64,000 nucleotides of DNA from positions 81,592,001-81,656,000 of the forward strand of contig OX597827.1 in assembly GCA_951406725.2 (NCBI GenBank), given 5' to 3'. The notes beneath the pieces were generated by a model that did no database searches, was not told where the DNA came from, and saw nothing but the letters and a program-made list of their open reading frames with translations. The first letter of the stretch is position 1, and each line of letters starts with the position of its first letter. This document shows, piece by piece, positions 1 to 11,949 of this stretch. The position numbers and the translations under genes were made by a program. Source of the DNA: Octopus vulgaris (Eukaryota).

Positions 1-157
1 TATATACATATAGCATCTGTGTTGTTTCTTGTATGCTGATTAAACTCATGTAGAATTACCAGTCAAAGATTTCTTGACCGTTAGCATCATCATGCACCAA
101 CAGTCATATGTTGGTTTGTTTGTCATGGTCAAGTTTGAGCCATAAAGTTTTTATAGT

Positions 158-407
158 ATCATCATCATCATCATCATCGTTTAGCGTCCGCTTTCCATGC
201 TGGCATGGGTTGGACAGTTCAAATGGGGTCTGGGAAGCCAGAAGGCTGCACCAGGCCCAGTCCGATCTGGCAATGTTTCTACAGCTGGATGCCCTTCCTA
301 ACGCCAACCACTCCGTGAGTGTAGTGGGTGCTTTTTACGTGCCAGACAAGGCTGGCAAATGGCCACGATCAGATGGTGCTTTTTACGTGCCATTGGCACG
401 GAGGCTG

Positions 408-410
<3 letters not shown>
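158..410 (-). mobile_element. 5'-truncated RTE LINE 3' UTR/tail copy
   Basis: Reverse complement of the 3' end of the RTE at 14200-14495 (catcatcgtttagcgtccgctttccatgctggcatgggttggac...); (CAT)n tail. Confidence 0.8.
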
Positions 411-447
<37 letters not shown>

Positions 448-620
448 CTTACACACATTATTTAAAGCAGTTTGACTCAGTTCCATGTGACTTAATAATA
501 TATGTAACTCCTACTAAGTGCATTGAGTGCCTTTTCCTTTCATTTGCCCTCTTACTCATATATGTGTGTGTGTTTATATATGTATATATATGTTAAGTAA
601 CAAAGTTAATATCTGGTCAT

Positions 621-684
621 AGAGTGACCAATGGTTTCACATCCATGAAAGCTGTAGTTTCTTGGACAACTCATCAGGCCTGAG
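621..684 (-). ncRNA. Degenerate minimal type-I hammerhead ribozyme motif (Penelope-like remnant)
   Basis: Minus strand reads ggc-CTGATGA-gttgtcca...tggatgt-GAAA-ccattg-GTC; near-palindromic stem III (accattggt); stem I imperfect. Confidence 0.5.
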
Positions 685-1098
685 GCCAAATACAAACTTA
701 ACTCTTCACAAACTTATAAGCGCTGTGTGTTTTGGTAATCTATATAAAATAAAGGAATTTAGGAACTCAGGAAAGTTGTGGGGAGAGCTTAGAGAATTGA
801 GAAAATAACCTTTAGAAAATAAGAAAAGTGACCAGCAAGCCTCCATATACACATATGTATGGATGAGTGTATGTATTGACTCTTCTAGATAATACTGTGT
901 AACTCTGAGTTTCATGAGAATGAATTCATGAAGCAATCATCAGATTAATATACTTCAACCAATAATTTTGGAATATTTAAAACACCATAAAAAGATTACA
1001 TCAAATGCATGCAGGGATGGAAACTTGATAAGCACAACTGATATAAGAAAATTAGTTGTCTCCCTTTAGCTGTTGAAGAATTAAACACACACACACAC

Positions 1099-1137
<39 letters not shown>

Positions 1138-2306
1138 TATATATATAACCATATGTATGTATGATAGGTTTAAGCTGATACAGTAGGGGGAGGAAAATTA
1201 GAAATGAATATAATATGAATAAAAATGGAAATTGAAGAATCTATAATGTGGATGGAATGAGTAGAAGTGGAAGTGTTGCATAGAGTGTGTAGTGGGTTAT
1301 CCAAGGGGTAGATTCTATTAAATACTAAAACCTATTTGAACAGGTTTGACCCAGGGTTAAATAGCAGAATAGTGTGGCACTGTGCAATGAAGTCGAGAAT
1401 GGTCTGGTGTGGTTTAATGTAATATAGTGTGTTGTGGTCTGGTGTGGTGTTGGATTGTGTAGAGCTATGTGGTGGGGGTGTTCGGTGAATTGATTTAGTG
1501 TAATGTAGTATGGTATACAGTATAGTGCTGTAAAATGTGGTGTGGTAGGTCAGGATGTAGTACTGTGTAGTGTTGTGTGATGTGGTGTAACAAGACATTC
1601 TGTTCTCTCACTCTCTCTCCCACTTTCTTTCTCTCTCCATGTCTTGAAGAATTCTCAGTAAGACAGAGATGATAATAACATTGGCTGTAGGAAGCACCGA
1701 TAATATCGAATGTTGGCGGTGGCAGTGGTGGGGGAATGGGTGAGGTAAGGAGGAGGAGGAGACACACTCACACAATGGCTGCACTGGATAAATTCTTCAT
1801 AAACACTCATCCTGCCATTCATCTCTCTCTCTCTCTCTCCTATTTTTATGTCATTTCTTTCTTCTTTTCTCTATCACTCTCTTTCTTCCCCACTCTCTCT
1901 ACTTCTCTTCTGCTGCACCTGCCATTCTTTCTCTCTCTCTCTCTCTCTCTTTCCCTCCCTCCCTCCCTCCCCCTCAATGTCCTCTGTCTGTGTGTCCTAC
2001 CATAAGCAAGTTAAAAAAAAACATTCTCCAGATTTATTTCAGTTGAAGATTTTTTTAAGGAGGTTTTTTCTTTTCCTTCTTTGATATGGTTTCTTGTTCT
2101 TGTTGCTGTTGCACTTAATGTTGTTGTTCTTGTTGCAGTCAATATTGTTTATGCGGTTGTTGTTAATGTTCTTTTGTCTGTTTGTTTTATATTTTGGGTA
2201 TCAAAGTGAATAATTGTGTATATATGTGTGTGTTTGTGCATATGTGTGACTATGTATGTGTGTGTATACACACACATACATATATATACATATGTATGTG
2301 TGTGCG

Positions 2307-2352
<46 letters not shown>

Positions 2353-2404
2353 TATAATATTATGTTATATTACATATATATATATATATATATAAAACCA
2401 CCAC

Positions 2405-2790
2405 TGACATCATCATCCTCATCCTCCTGCGGCTGGTAAAACAAAGCATTTTAGGGCCATTCCTACATTCAACCTATAGAATGGCCACAATGTTGAGTGT
2501 TGTCCACACCTTGATGCTGTTACAGCAGGATTTTCTTCTTTTTCCTGCTCTTCCCCACCATCTTTCACTGTGTCCTATAGAAAGGCTTTGAACAGAGCGT
2601 CATGGTTGGATGCATGTCTGTACCAGGTGAGCTTTCAGTGTTTCAATGTAGCCAAGATTGGTTTTGGAATGCCACTACGTTTGGCAACTTGCTGCCTGAA
2701 GAACGTCTTTTGGGATTCTTCATTCTATGTCAGCTGTATCTATCCCGATCTTGCACAAATACAATAAGATTGAAAACACCAGGGACTTGT
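2405..2790 (-). mobile_element. Old RTE-clade LINE 3' remnant
   Basis: Minus-strand translation ILATLKH*KLTWYRH...LFKAFL*DTVKDGG...RRKS resembles the RTE C-terminus (KLxWFGHV...GxRxRGR); (GAT)n tail. Confidence 0.6.
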
Positions 2791-2929
2791 ATACTATATA
2801 TGTATGTATATGATTGGATATTGGAATGGTAATGAGTTTCAAGATTCTTTAAAAAGTCTTGCGTATATATATATAAACACACACATATAGGTGTAATATA
2901 TATATACATACATATATGTGTGTATGTAT

Positions 2930-3070
2930 ATCATCATCATCGTTTAACGTCTGTTTTCCATGCTAGCATGGGTTGGACGGTTCAACCGGGGTCTGGGAAG
3001 TCAGGAGGCTGCACCAGGCTCAGTCTGATCTGGTAGTGTTTCTACAGCTGGATGCCCTTCCTAATGCCAA
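2930..3070 (-). mobile_element. RTE 3' tail copy next to a TA tract
   Basis: Matches the tail of the 13254-14495 RTE. Confidence 0.75.
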
Positions 3071-3133
3071 TGGAGTGGTTGGCGTTAGGAAGGGCATCAA
3101 GCATGGAAAACGATATACATACATATATGTGTG

Positions 3134-3185
<52 letters not shown>

Positions 3186-3216
3186 CATAAATACATATAC
3201 ATATATATATATATAT

Positions 3217-3488
3217 GTACCAGAGTGAGCACATAAATGTGAAACAAGGTGGGATAAAATAGTACTTGAATACCAGAGTTAGAGTAATATGCTTTATTAT
3301 CATTAAAGCTTCAAAAACATCACAAAAATATCATAAAAACTGCTACTCAGAGTTTCACATTCCAGATCAATGGACAGTTTAGTCTGAGAATCTAAACTGT
3401 CCAACAAACTGGAACATGGAACTCTGAGTAGCAGTTTTTTGTGATATTTTTGTGAGGTTTTTGAAGCTTTAATAATAATAAAGTATAT
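3217..3488. repeat. Palindromic Penelope-like repeat with hammerhead-like motifs in both arms
   Basis: About 95-bp inverted arms (3287-3382 and 3392-3488) with a 9-nt spacer; 3217-3290 has a reverse-complement homologue at about 47945-48035. Confidence 0.65.
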
Positions 3489-3507
3489 ATGTATGCATAT
3501 ATAACTG

Positions 3508-3825
3508 GTATTCCATTGGTTATGATGATGAGGGTTCCAGCTGATCCGATCAACAGGACCACCTGTTCATGAAATTTAACTTGCAAGTGGTTGAGCACTC
3601 CACAGTCAAGCGTACCCTTAAAGTAGTTCCCAGGAAGATTCAACCTGACACAGAGTGTGAAAAGGCTGGCCCTTTGAAATACAAGTACTACTCATTTTTA
3701 CCAGCTCAGTGAACGAGAGCAGTGTGAAAATAATGTGTCTTGCTCAAAGACACAACATGCCACTGGGAACCAAACTCATTACCTTCCAATCTTGAGCCAA
3801 ATCCACTAACAACTGAGCCATGCAG
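3508..3825 (-). mobile_element. tRNA-derived SINE (family C, CORE-like cttgagcaagacactt motif)
   Basis: Reverse complement is similar to 55120-55380 and 61430-61755. Confidence 0.7.
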
Positions 3826-3974
3826 TTTTGCTTCTGTTGTTTGTACAGTGAGACTGCGTTCAAAAATATCATTTTCTTGTCTGTAATGTATGATACACAT
3901 TCGATACTTCTGAAGAAGCTAAAAAGCAAATGTCAGTTTGATTATATACTCACACCGTGGTTGTTATACATATA

Positions 3975-4343
3975 AGTGTGGCTGTGTGGTAAGAAGCTTG
4001 CTTCTCAACCACATGGTTCTGGGTTCAGTCCCACTGTGTGGCATCTTGGGCAGATGTCTTCTACTATAGCCTCACGCTGACCAAAGCCTAGTGGGTGGAT
4101 TTGGTAGATGGGAATTGAAAGAAGCCTGTTGTGTGTGTGTGTGTGTTTGTCAGTGTTTGTCCATCCACCATTGCTTGACAATCGATACTGGTGTGTTTAT
4201 GTCCCCGTAACTTTGTGGTTCGGCAAAAGAGACCAACAGAATAAGTACTAGGCTTACAAAGGATAATTCCTCGGGTCAATATGTTCGACTAAAGGCAGTG
4301 CTTCAGCAGGGCCACAGTCAAATCATTGAAACAAATAAAAGAA
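3975..4343 (+). mobile_element. tRNA-derived SINE, family A (major, with internal microsatellite)
   Basis: Head tggctgtgtggt...ggttcagtccc (A/B boxes), cttgggca motif; many homologues in the window. Confidence 0.85.
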
Positions 4344-4402
4344 TATATATATATATAGGTGAATGAATTATCCTATGTTTATCGTCAGCATTCTGTCATT
4401 TA

Positions 4403-4447
<45 letters not shown>

Positions 4448-4490
4448 GAATGATAGAATGAGTGCTCAACACCACATTGGTAGATAAACA

Positions 4491-4700
4491 TTTTCTTTAT
4501 TTGTGAATTAAGGCTATCAATGTTTTCATGTTAAGAAGAGTAGGAAAATATCCAAGTATCTTAACAATTTTTCAAGCCGATCACTTGGAGAAAGGTGTCC
4601 ACCTCCATTTTGGAAAACAATGGAGACTGTTTTCCAAAATGGAACACCTATTCTTCTTAACATGAAAACAATGGTACCCTTAATTCACAAATAAAGAAAT
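4491..4700. repeat. Palindrome with outer arms, a one-sided insert and an inner hairpin
   Basis: 4491-4544 pairs with 4647-4700; inner tccattttggaaaaca / tgttttccaaaatgga hairpin at 4604-4643. Confidence 0.75.
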
Positions 4701-4711
4701 TATATATATCT

Positions 4712-4756
<45 letters not shown>

Positions 4757-5150
4757 CTCTCTTTACTCTTTTACTTGTTTCAGTCATTTGACTACAGCCA
4801 TGCTGGAGCACCGCCTTTAATTGAGCAACTCGACCCCGGGACTTATTCTTTGTAAGCCCAGTACTTATTCTATCGGTCTCTTTTGCCGAACCGCTAAGTG
4901 ACGGGGACATAAACACACCAGCATCGGTTGTCAAGCAATGCTAGGGGGACAGACGCACAAACACACACACATACACATACATATACATATATACGACGGG
5001 CTTCTTTCAGTTTCCGTCTACCAAATCCACTCACAAGGCTTTGGTCGGCCCGAGGCTATAGTAGAAGACACTTGCCCAAGGTGCCACACAGTGGGACTGG
5101 ACCCGGAACCATGTGGTTGGTAAACAAGCTACTTACCACACAGCCACTCC
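4757..5150 (-). mobile_element. SINE family A, full length, little diverged
   Basis: Reverse complement of the family A sequence; CpGs retained. Confidence 0.9.
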
Positions 5151-6199
5151 ATTAATAGAAAAATGGAGAAAAAAAAAACAACAATGTGAGGACGCGGTAC
5201 ATGTGAAGTATTAGTAAGATACTTAGAGAAAGAAAGAAAGAGTGGTCATTTTACATTTCGAGCAAAGCTCTTCTTTGGAAACAGGTAACATATGAAAGTC
5301 CAAAAGAAAAGGAGGAAGGAGGAAAAAAATCGCCAACAGTCCACGTGTAGTTATGGATGGTGGCTCACTAGCTGATTACCGTTTGAAAATCAAATTGCAT
5401 AATACACATAACTTGCCAGGAAATTCCAATTACTTTCTGTCGGTGTTACATGTTTGTATGATACATGTGTGTGAGTGTGTGTGTACGTACATCATTCAAC
5501 TAAAGTAGCAGTTGAATAATATTCTTAAGACCACAATTTATTCACGTGCAGCATCTTTCAGAGCTTGTTGCTAATTCAGTTCTTAACCAAATTGAAAACT
5601 TAATATTTTTGAAGAGGACTGTTCCCTAGTTACATTTTGGCATAAAAAAATTGAGATTTGGTCTAATAGAAAAAAGTTTACATCAAAGTTTGTAGTAATG
5701 TTATAGGATAGTAAGTAATGCCACCAATCAGGTTTAGATCTAAATAACCATTTCATTTTAAAAGCAAAATATATTTATCTTAGCTTCAATGATAGCAGAA
5801 AGCATGAAGAATTTCATAGTTTTGCCCCCATGCAATAAAAATTTGTATCAAAAAAGTTGTGAGGTAAAATAGGAAAAAATATAAGGCAAAAAATTTGATA
5901 TAAGTATAATTAACTTTTTTATTTTAAAAACAAACTATACTTTAATTAAGCTTAAATGATAGAGCTCAATTTAAGGAATTTCATGGTATCAATTTCATGC
6001 AATGAAGTTTTAAAACAAAAAAATTATGAATGTTTGCTTCTCTAATTTGAGGGTGATAATATAGTTCTATACTTTTTCATGAGTATAGTTCTGTAAAGGA
6101 CTTTTAATATATGTCACTGGCATCATTGAGGTAAGGAAAAAATTATCAATGACACCACTAATTGACACATTATTAATTAGCATGATTAATTAGCCTGGA

Positions 6200-7290
6200 A
6201 AAAACATGGATTATATGGAAAAATGCGAGCAAGAGAAATAATATTCTTAAGATTATAAAACTGGAAAAGTACAGAAGTTATTATGCTTGGAAAAGTTCAG
6301 GACAAATTATATCTGGTAAAGTACAAAACAAGAAAATTTTTACTTAAGATATTGCAGCTAAGTATAAAATTTGAATATCAAAAATTATTTGATTTTAATT
6401 TACAAAGTAACATTATAATTAAAAAAGGTACCATCATTTTACATTTACATTTGACGGATATTTGTCCTCATCTTGTTTGTTGTTAACATGTTTCTGCTGA
6501 TATACCCCTCCAGCCTTCATCAGGTGTCTTGGGGAAATTTTGAACTTGGGTTCTCATTCCTAAGGTATTTTTCGATGTTATTATTATTCAGGTCACTACT
6601 TAGAATTGAACTTGGAATCTTGGGGTTAGTAGCCCATGCTCTTAACCACTACACCATATGTCCATGGGCATATGGTGTGGAATACTTAAAAAATGAGAGC
6701 CAGAAGTACCAATATAGCTAAAGTTTTATGTAAAGTAGAACAGTATATATGGTAGGCAAATTCTTAATGTAAAAAATAGGCATTGAGTCAAAACTAAAAA
6801 TGTAAAGACTTGGCAATACCTTAGGCAATAACTCAAGCAAATTTTACTATGAATTTGTTGGTATAGGAAGATTTTACTGTAATATTTAACTAATTTTTGT
6901 ATTATTCTATTTATTGCACAAACTAATTATGTATTACTATTATTTTTTATAACCTATTTTCAAATTTATAATTATTAATTAATTAAAAAAATGAATTTTT
7001 TTAAAGTGCAAAAAATATTTTGAGTTATTTTTTAATTTTTAATAGAAGTAATATGTAATAACAAATAGACATGTAATTAAAATTTTAGTTTTAATAAAAG
7101 CTAATATTTTCTAAATCTAAGTGTTTTATTTGAAATTTTATCCTTAGCTGCAATATTTTAAGTAAAACTTTTCTTGTTCTGTACTTTATCAGATATAATA
7201 ACTTGTTCTGTACTTTATCAGATATAATAACTTGTCCTGCACTTTTACAGTTTTTTAAACTTAATATTATTTCTCTTGCTCACATTTTTC
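6200..7290. mobile_element. Non-autonomous DNA transposon/MITE with ~190-bp TIRs containing ~28-bp subrepeats
   Basis: 6200-6390 is the imperfect reverse complement of 7120-7290; cttgttctgtactttatcagatataataa is repeated in the right arm. Confidence 0.7.
6432..6670 (-). mobile_element. tRNA-derived SINE with a hammerhead-like motif in its 3' half (nested in the MITE)
   Basis: Minus strand: tggtgtagtggttaagagc (A box), gttcaattc (B box), then gacac-CTGATGA-aggctg...cagca-GAAA-catgtt. Confidence 0.7.
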
Positions 7291-7625
7291 CATGTAATAC
7301 ATGTATATATAAAATGGGGTTAAACTCCAAGCTCTGTCCACTTGAAGCACATCTGCTTATTCCAGTATTCCGAATCCGTATGCAGATGTTATATTCATCT
7401 GAGGTGGGCATAAGAGTCGAAAATTTTGGAAAATATTTTCTGCAGAGCAATTATATCAGGAGATTGGAAAATTTTTTCATATGCTTTGATTCTTTGTTTA
7501 TGAATTTGTAATAGGAGATATCTTACATATTTTGTATTACAAGTACTATTTTGCAACTCCTATCAGCAAATGAAACATGTGTAATGCTGAATAAATAATA
7601 AAGAATTTTCTGACTTCTTATTTTG

Positions 7626-7660
<35 letters not shown>

Positions 7661-7666
<6 letters not shown>

Positions 7667-8524
7667 CTCATCCCATAAATAATGCAGTTTTTTTTCAAAT
7701 GTATGAGCTAAAAATTGGAGGGGGACGGGATAATCTTCCTGCATCAACTTGCTAACTTGCTATTAAAGCAGGTAGTAATTTTACTTTGTCCTTATTCTTA
7801 GTACACGTTTTGAAGAGTGCAGTTCAATTTTAACAGTTATTTTTTCAAAGTTATAACAAAAATGAGAAAGGAGTATATTCGGCATATTTTGCTTTATGAG
7901 TTAATAAAGGCAACAACGCAATGGAAAGTGTGAGGAATATTAATGGAGTATATAGGAATTGGACAATAAGCATAAACCAGTGTCAAAGGTGATTCCAGAA
8001 ATTCTGAGCCAGAATCTACAGCCGAAACCCTGGTGGAAAAAAATCTCATTGTAACTGTCGTGGAACTAACAGAAGCTTGGATTTAGTCATTCAAGTCAGC
8101 ACTAGAAGAAAAACAACTATCTTTGGTTTCAAGACGAAAGGTGTCCTTCCATCAGAATAATGCTCAGCCAAATACAGCGAGGATAACATTTCAAAGGCTG
8201 CAGCAGTTTGAATGGGAAATGATGCCCCACCTACCATATTTGCCGGACATTGCACCATCTGATCATCATTTATTCCAGTCTTCAAAATCATTCGGACGGA
8301 AAAAATATGAATTCTGTAGACAAGGTGAGAATAGTAATGGAGGAGTATTTTTCATCACGGATAAGTGAATTTTGGAAAAGGGGCCTTGAAAGTCTCCCAA
8401 ATAGATAAAAGAGCATCATAAAAAATGGAGAGTATATTTTAGATTAAAAAAGAACTTTATTTATCTTAATTTTTGAAAATACAAAAACTATAAAAATCCG
8501 CAATATTTATGGAATGACCCAATA
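7661..8524 (+). mobile_element. Internally deleted mariner transposon
   Basis: TIRs tattggctcatcccataaat / atttatggaatgacccaata in TA context; remnants IRHILLYE..GNNA and HQNNAQPNT...PHLPYLPDIAPSDHHLF. Confidence 0.9.
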
Positions 8525-10116
8525 TATATATAGCATCATCATCATCCTCAAGATCCTTTTCATTATCATTATCATCACTGTCTGGTTTCCATGCTGGCAT
8601 GAGTTGGACAGTTTGACAAGGTCCATCAAGCTGGAAGATGGCATCAAGCTCCACTGTTTGGTTTGGCATGATTTCTACAGCTGGACGCCCTTCTAAACAT
8701 GGATCCTTTTTCAGAATGTACTTGCAGCTTTTTCCATGGCACCAGCACTAGTGAGGTTACCAAGTAACTTACAAGATGAGGCATCTCAGATGAGTTTGGG
8801 GGTGGTTTTATGCTTGGTGTTGAAAGGCTAAATTACGACAGAGGGGCAGCAGCAGATGTTTTGGTGTAGAGGTGAAACATGGACACCCCAGGTGAAAAGA
8901 GATGTTGATGAGGAGGTGTGCAGGTGTATTCTCATGCTACAAGAAGGTGGATAAAGAAAGAATAGGAATAGTGGGTTGTTAAGTGTTGGTTGTTTAATTT
9001 TGCGAGAGTGAGAATGGTGAGTGTGAGATGTTAGCGATGAGGATAGAGGTAATTGTACTGAATAGAGAGCAGGGATGGAGGCTTAGTCTACAGGTTGGTT
9101 TTTAGAAGGGGAAAGTTGGAGGAGGTGATAGATGGCCATACAAAAGAGGATGAGGAAAGCAACAGCATAATAAAGCTGTAGAGAGATTGGAAAGATGGAG
9201 ATAATGTGAAGTGTGTGGGAAGAGAGAGGAGTGCACAGTGACAGAGCTTGAGGTCAGAGGTACATAAGGGTGGATATAGTGATTGACAAACAAAAGTGGA
9301 AGAGGTCTTCAATGGCAGGTATGAGAGGGTGTTCCATGGAAAGGGATGTTCAGCTAAAAATAAATGGTAAGGGATGATATTTGGAATGCAGGGTGGGTGA
9401 CAAAAGTAAATGGTTCCAAAGAGAACGATAACTAGTAGCACAAAACGGAGGATGAAATACATATGGTTTTGCTGGCATACAATTACTGCAGCTGAATAAA
9501 TACATTGTGGTTAAAAAGATGCAGGAACGAAGGACATTAGGAAGATAAAGTATTGGGAAGGCTTGACAAGTACAGACTGGATGCAGAGTCATAAACAGTG
9601 TCCTTTTAGGACTTACTATCACCATGACAGATGCTTCTTCTTGAGAAAATCACAAACCATCAGTTGTTTGTCATTCCCTTCAAAAGCGCCAACATTCTTA
9701 GAGCAGGACATGACTGTGTCTGGATGTTGTGCCGTTGGAGGAAGTCTGTTGTCCACCTGGTAGTATGTCGGATAGAAAGATGGATGTATGCATGTATATA
9801 TGTATGTATGCATGTATATATGTATGTATGCATGCATGTATATATGTATGTATGCATGTATATATGTATGTATGTATGCATGCATATATGTGTGCATGCA
9901 TCTATGCATGTATGTATGTATGCATGAATATATGTATGTATGCATGCATGCATACATGTATGTATATGTATATATGGATCATCAGTAAATTATAAATCCA
10001 AAGGAGGTTGTAGGCCGCCACTGGCTACGATGGTATGTAAAGTTAAACTCTTTATGGATGTGAAACCCAGGGTAACTCTATGAACTGGTCATAAGTATCT
10101 TTTTCTAACTATGTGT

Positions 10117-10560
10117 GAAGGTGATGAACTGGTAGAATCCTTAAGGGGCCAGGCAAAATGCCTAGTGGTATTTCATCAGCTACTACATTCTGAGTTCAAA
10201 TTCCGTTGAGGTCAACTTTGCTTATCATCCTTTAGGGGTCAATAAATTAAGTACCAGTTGAGTACCGGGGTTGATGCAATTGACTATCCCCCTTCCCCAA
10301 ATTTCAGGCCTTGTGCCTATAGTAGAAAAGATTAACATTATTATTATTATTACTATTATTATTATCATCATCATCGTTAAGCAGTGGGCTAACAGAATCG
10401 TTAGTGCACTGGACAAAATGCTCAGTGGCATTTTGTTTGTCCACGGAGTTTACCTTTCCTCCTTTTGGGGTCAATAAAGTAAGAACCAGTTGACCAACAG
10501 TGTTGATGTAATCAATTTTCCCACCCCCAAAATTGCTGGCCTTGTGCTAAAATATATAAT
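10117..10560 (+). mobile_element. Two tandem SINEs, family B ((TTA)n tail)
   Basis: ggcagaatcgttagc...ttctgagttcaaattc...aagtaccagttg...ggccttgtgcc pattern, present twice. Confidence 0.75.
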
Positions 10561-10613
10561 CATCATCATCATCATTATTATTATTATTATTTTTATTATT
10601 ATTATTATTATTA

Positions 10614-10982
10614 TTAACTCTGCCTTAGTGAAGGCAGAGGTACTGTTTTCAGTTGTCTTTGTTTGTTTGTCCATGGACAAGATATCTCAAGAACTGCAGG
10701 ATGGATTCAGATGAAACTTTCAGGGATGTTTGGCCTTGTGATTGGCATGAACTGATTAGATTTTGGGATTGATCCAGTACCAGACAAGGATTCTGGATTA
10801 TTTTACCTGTTTTTTTCACTAAATATTTGAGAGCAGTTGGGTTCATTTTTAGTATTCTCGTTTGTGAGAAGAGTCGAGTTTATTTGAGACATTCTCATTT
10901 TAAAAATTATCTTTGGCTAATCGTTGAGAGGATGTTGGTGTTGCCTTGGCAGAGGTTTGCACTCTCTGAGTGCTCTTGTTAT
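10614..10982 (+). mobile_element. Helentron-associated non-autonomous element (HINE/DINE-1-like)
   Basis: 5' subterminal IR ctctgcc with hairpin ctctgcctt-agtg-aaggcagag, a (GTTT)n tract, 3' IR ggcagagg followed by stem-loop gcactc-tct-gagtgc; T-rich flanks. Confidence 0.7.
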
Positions 10983-11157
10983 CAATGTTATTTTTCAATA
11001 TTTGATAATTCCAGGCAAATTTCTACTGCATCACCTGTTACACCTTGCCATGTTGCAGAGGTGTGTGCAGCATTGTGTTTTTGTCTTCATTGGTATTCGG
11101 AGAATGCAGATATTTCCTGGCACTCTATTGCATCAATTTGTTTTGTTATGAATGCAG

Positions 11158-11370
11158 CCAGCTGGCAGAAACGTTAGCTCACCGGACGAAATGCTTAGTG
11201 GTATTTCATCTGTCTTTACGTTCTGAGCTCAAATTCCAACAAGGTTGACTTTGCCTTTCATCCTTTTGGGGTTGATAAATTAAGTACTAGTTGCATACTG
11301 GGGTCAATCTAATTGATTGGCCTCCTTCCCCAAAATTTCGGACCTTGTGCCTAGAGTAGAAAAGAATTTA
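11158..11370 (+). mobile_element. SINE family B
   Basis: Homologous to the other family B copies. Confidence 0.8.
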
Positions 11371-11579
11371 TTTTGTTATGGGGTTTAGCTGCAGTTTTTT
11401 CATGTATTAGTGTTTGCATTGTATGTTGTGTTTGTAGTGCAAGGTGTGTTTTTCTGTTGGGTATCTGACCTGCTGAGTTCATATTTTGGGGTTGTTTAAT
11501 TTATTGGCTATTTACTGTATAGAGTGTTTTGTGTGTTTGTGGATTATTTGGGGGGGGGGGGGGGTTGTGCTATTGAATT

Positions 11580-11945
11580 GCTGGTGCCTTGCTTAGGATG
11601 TGGGCTGTTCCTAGCACAGCTACCTCTTGGATAGTGTAGTGCTGAGTTTCTAGGCATAGCTTCTACATTTTCATGTCTATTCATGTTTATCATACCCAAT
11701 GCTCCAATTATTGCTGGTATTGTTTTACCTTCATACAACACACCTTGAATATTTCAATCTTGAGATCTTTGTACTTTGACAATTTCTCCACTTCTTTTGG
11801 GGCAATAATTTAGCCAGAAGGGACTGCAATGTCTATCAGTAAGCAGGTGTATTTTTTCCAATCCTTGATTACTATGTCTAAACAATTAGCATTGATTTCT
11901 TTGTTAGTTTGAAGAGACATATCACAGATGAGTTGCATGGTCATT
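11580..11945 (-). mobile_element. RLE-type non-LTR retrotransposon (R4/Dong-like) C-terminal remnant
   Basis: Minus-strand translation ...INANCLDIVIKDWKKYTCLLIDIAVPSG*..KEVEKLSKYKDLKIEI...TIPAIIGALGMI; restriction-like endonuclease signature. Confidence 0.75.
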
Positions 11946-11949
11946 GTTT

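Noticed and set aside
1691-1744. 54-nt open segment between AG and gtaagg
   Set aside because: Acceptor lacks a polypyrimidine tract; the Gly-rich peptide is unrecognisable.
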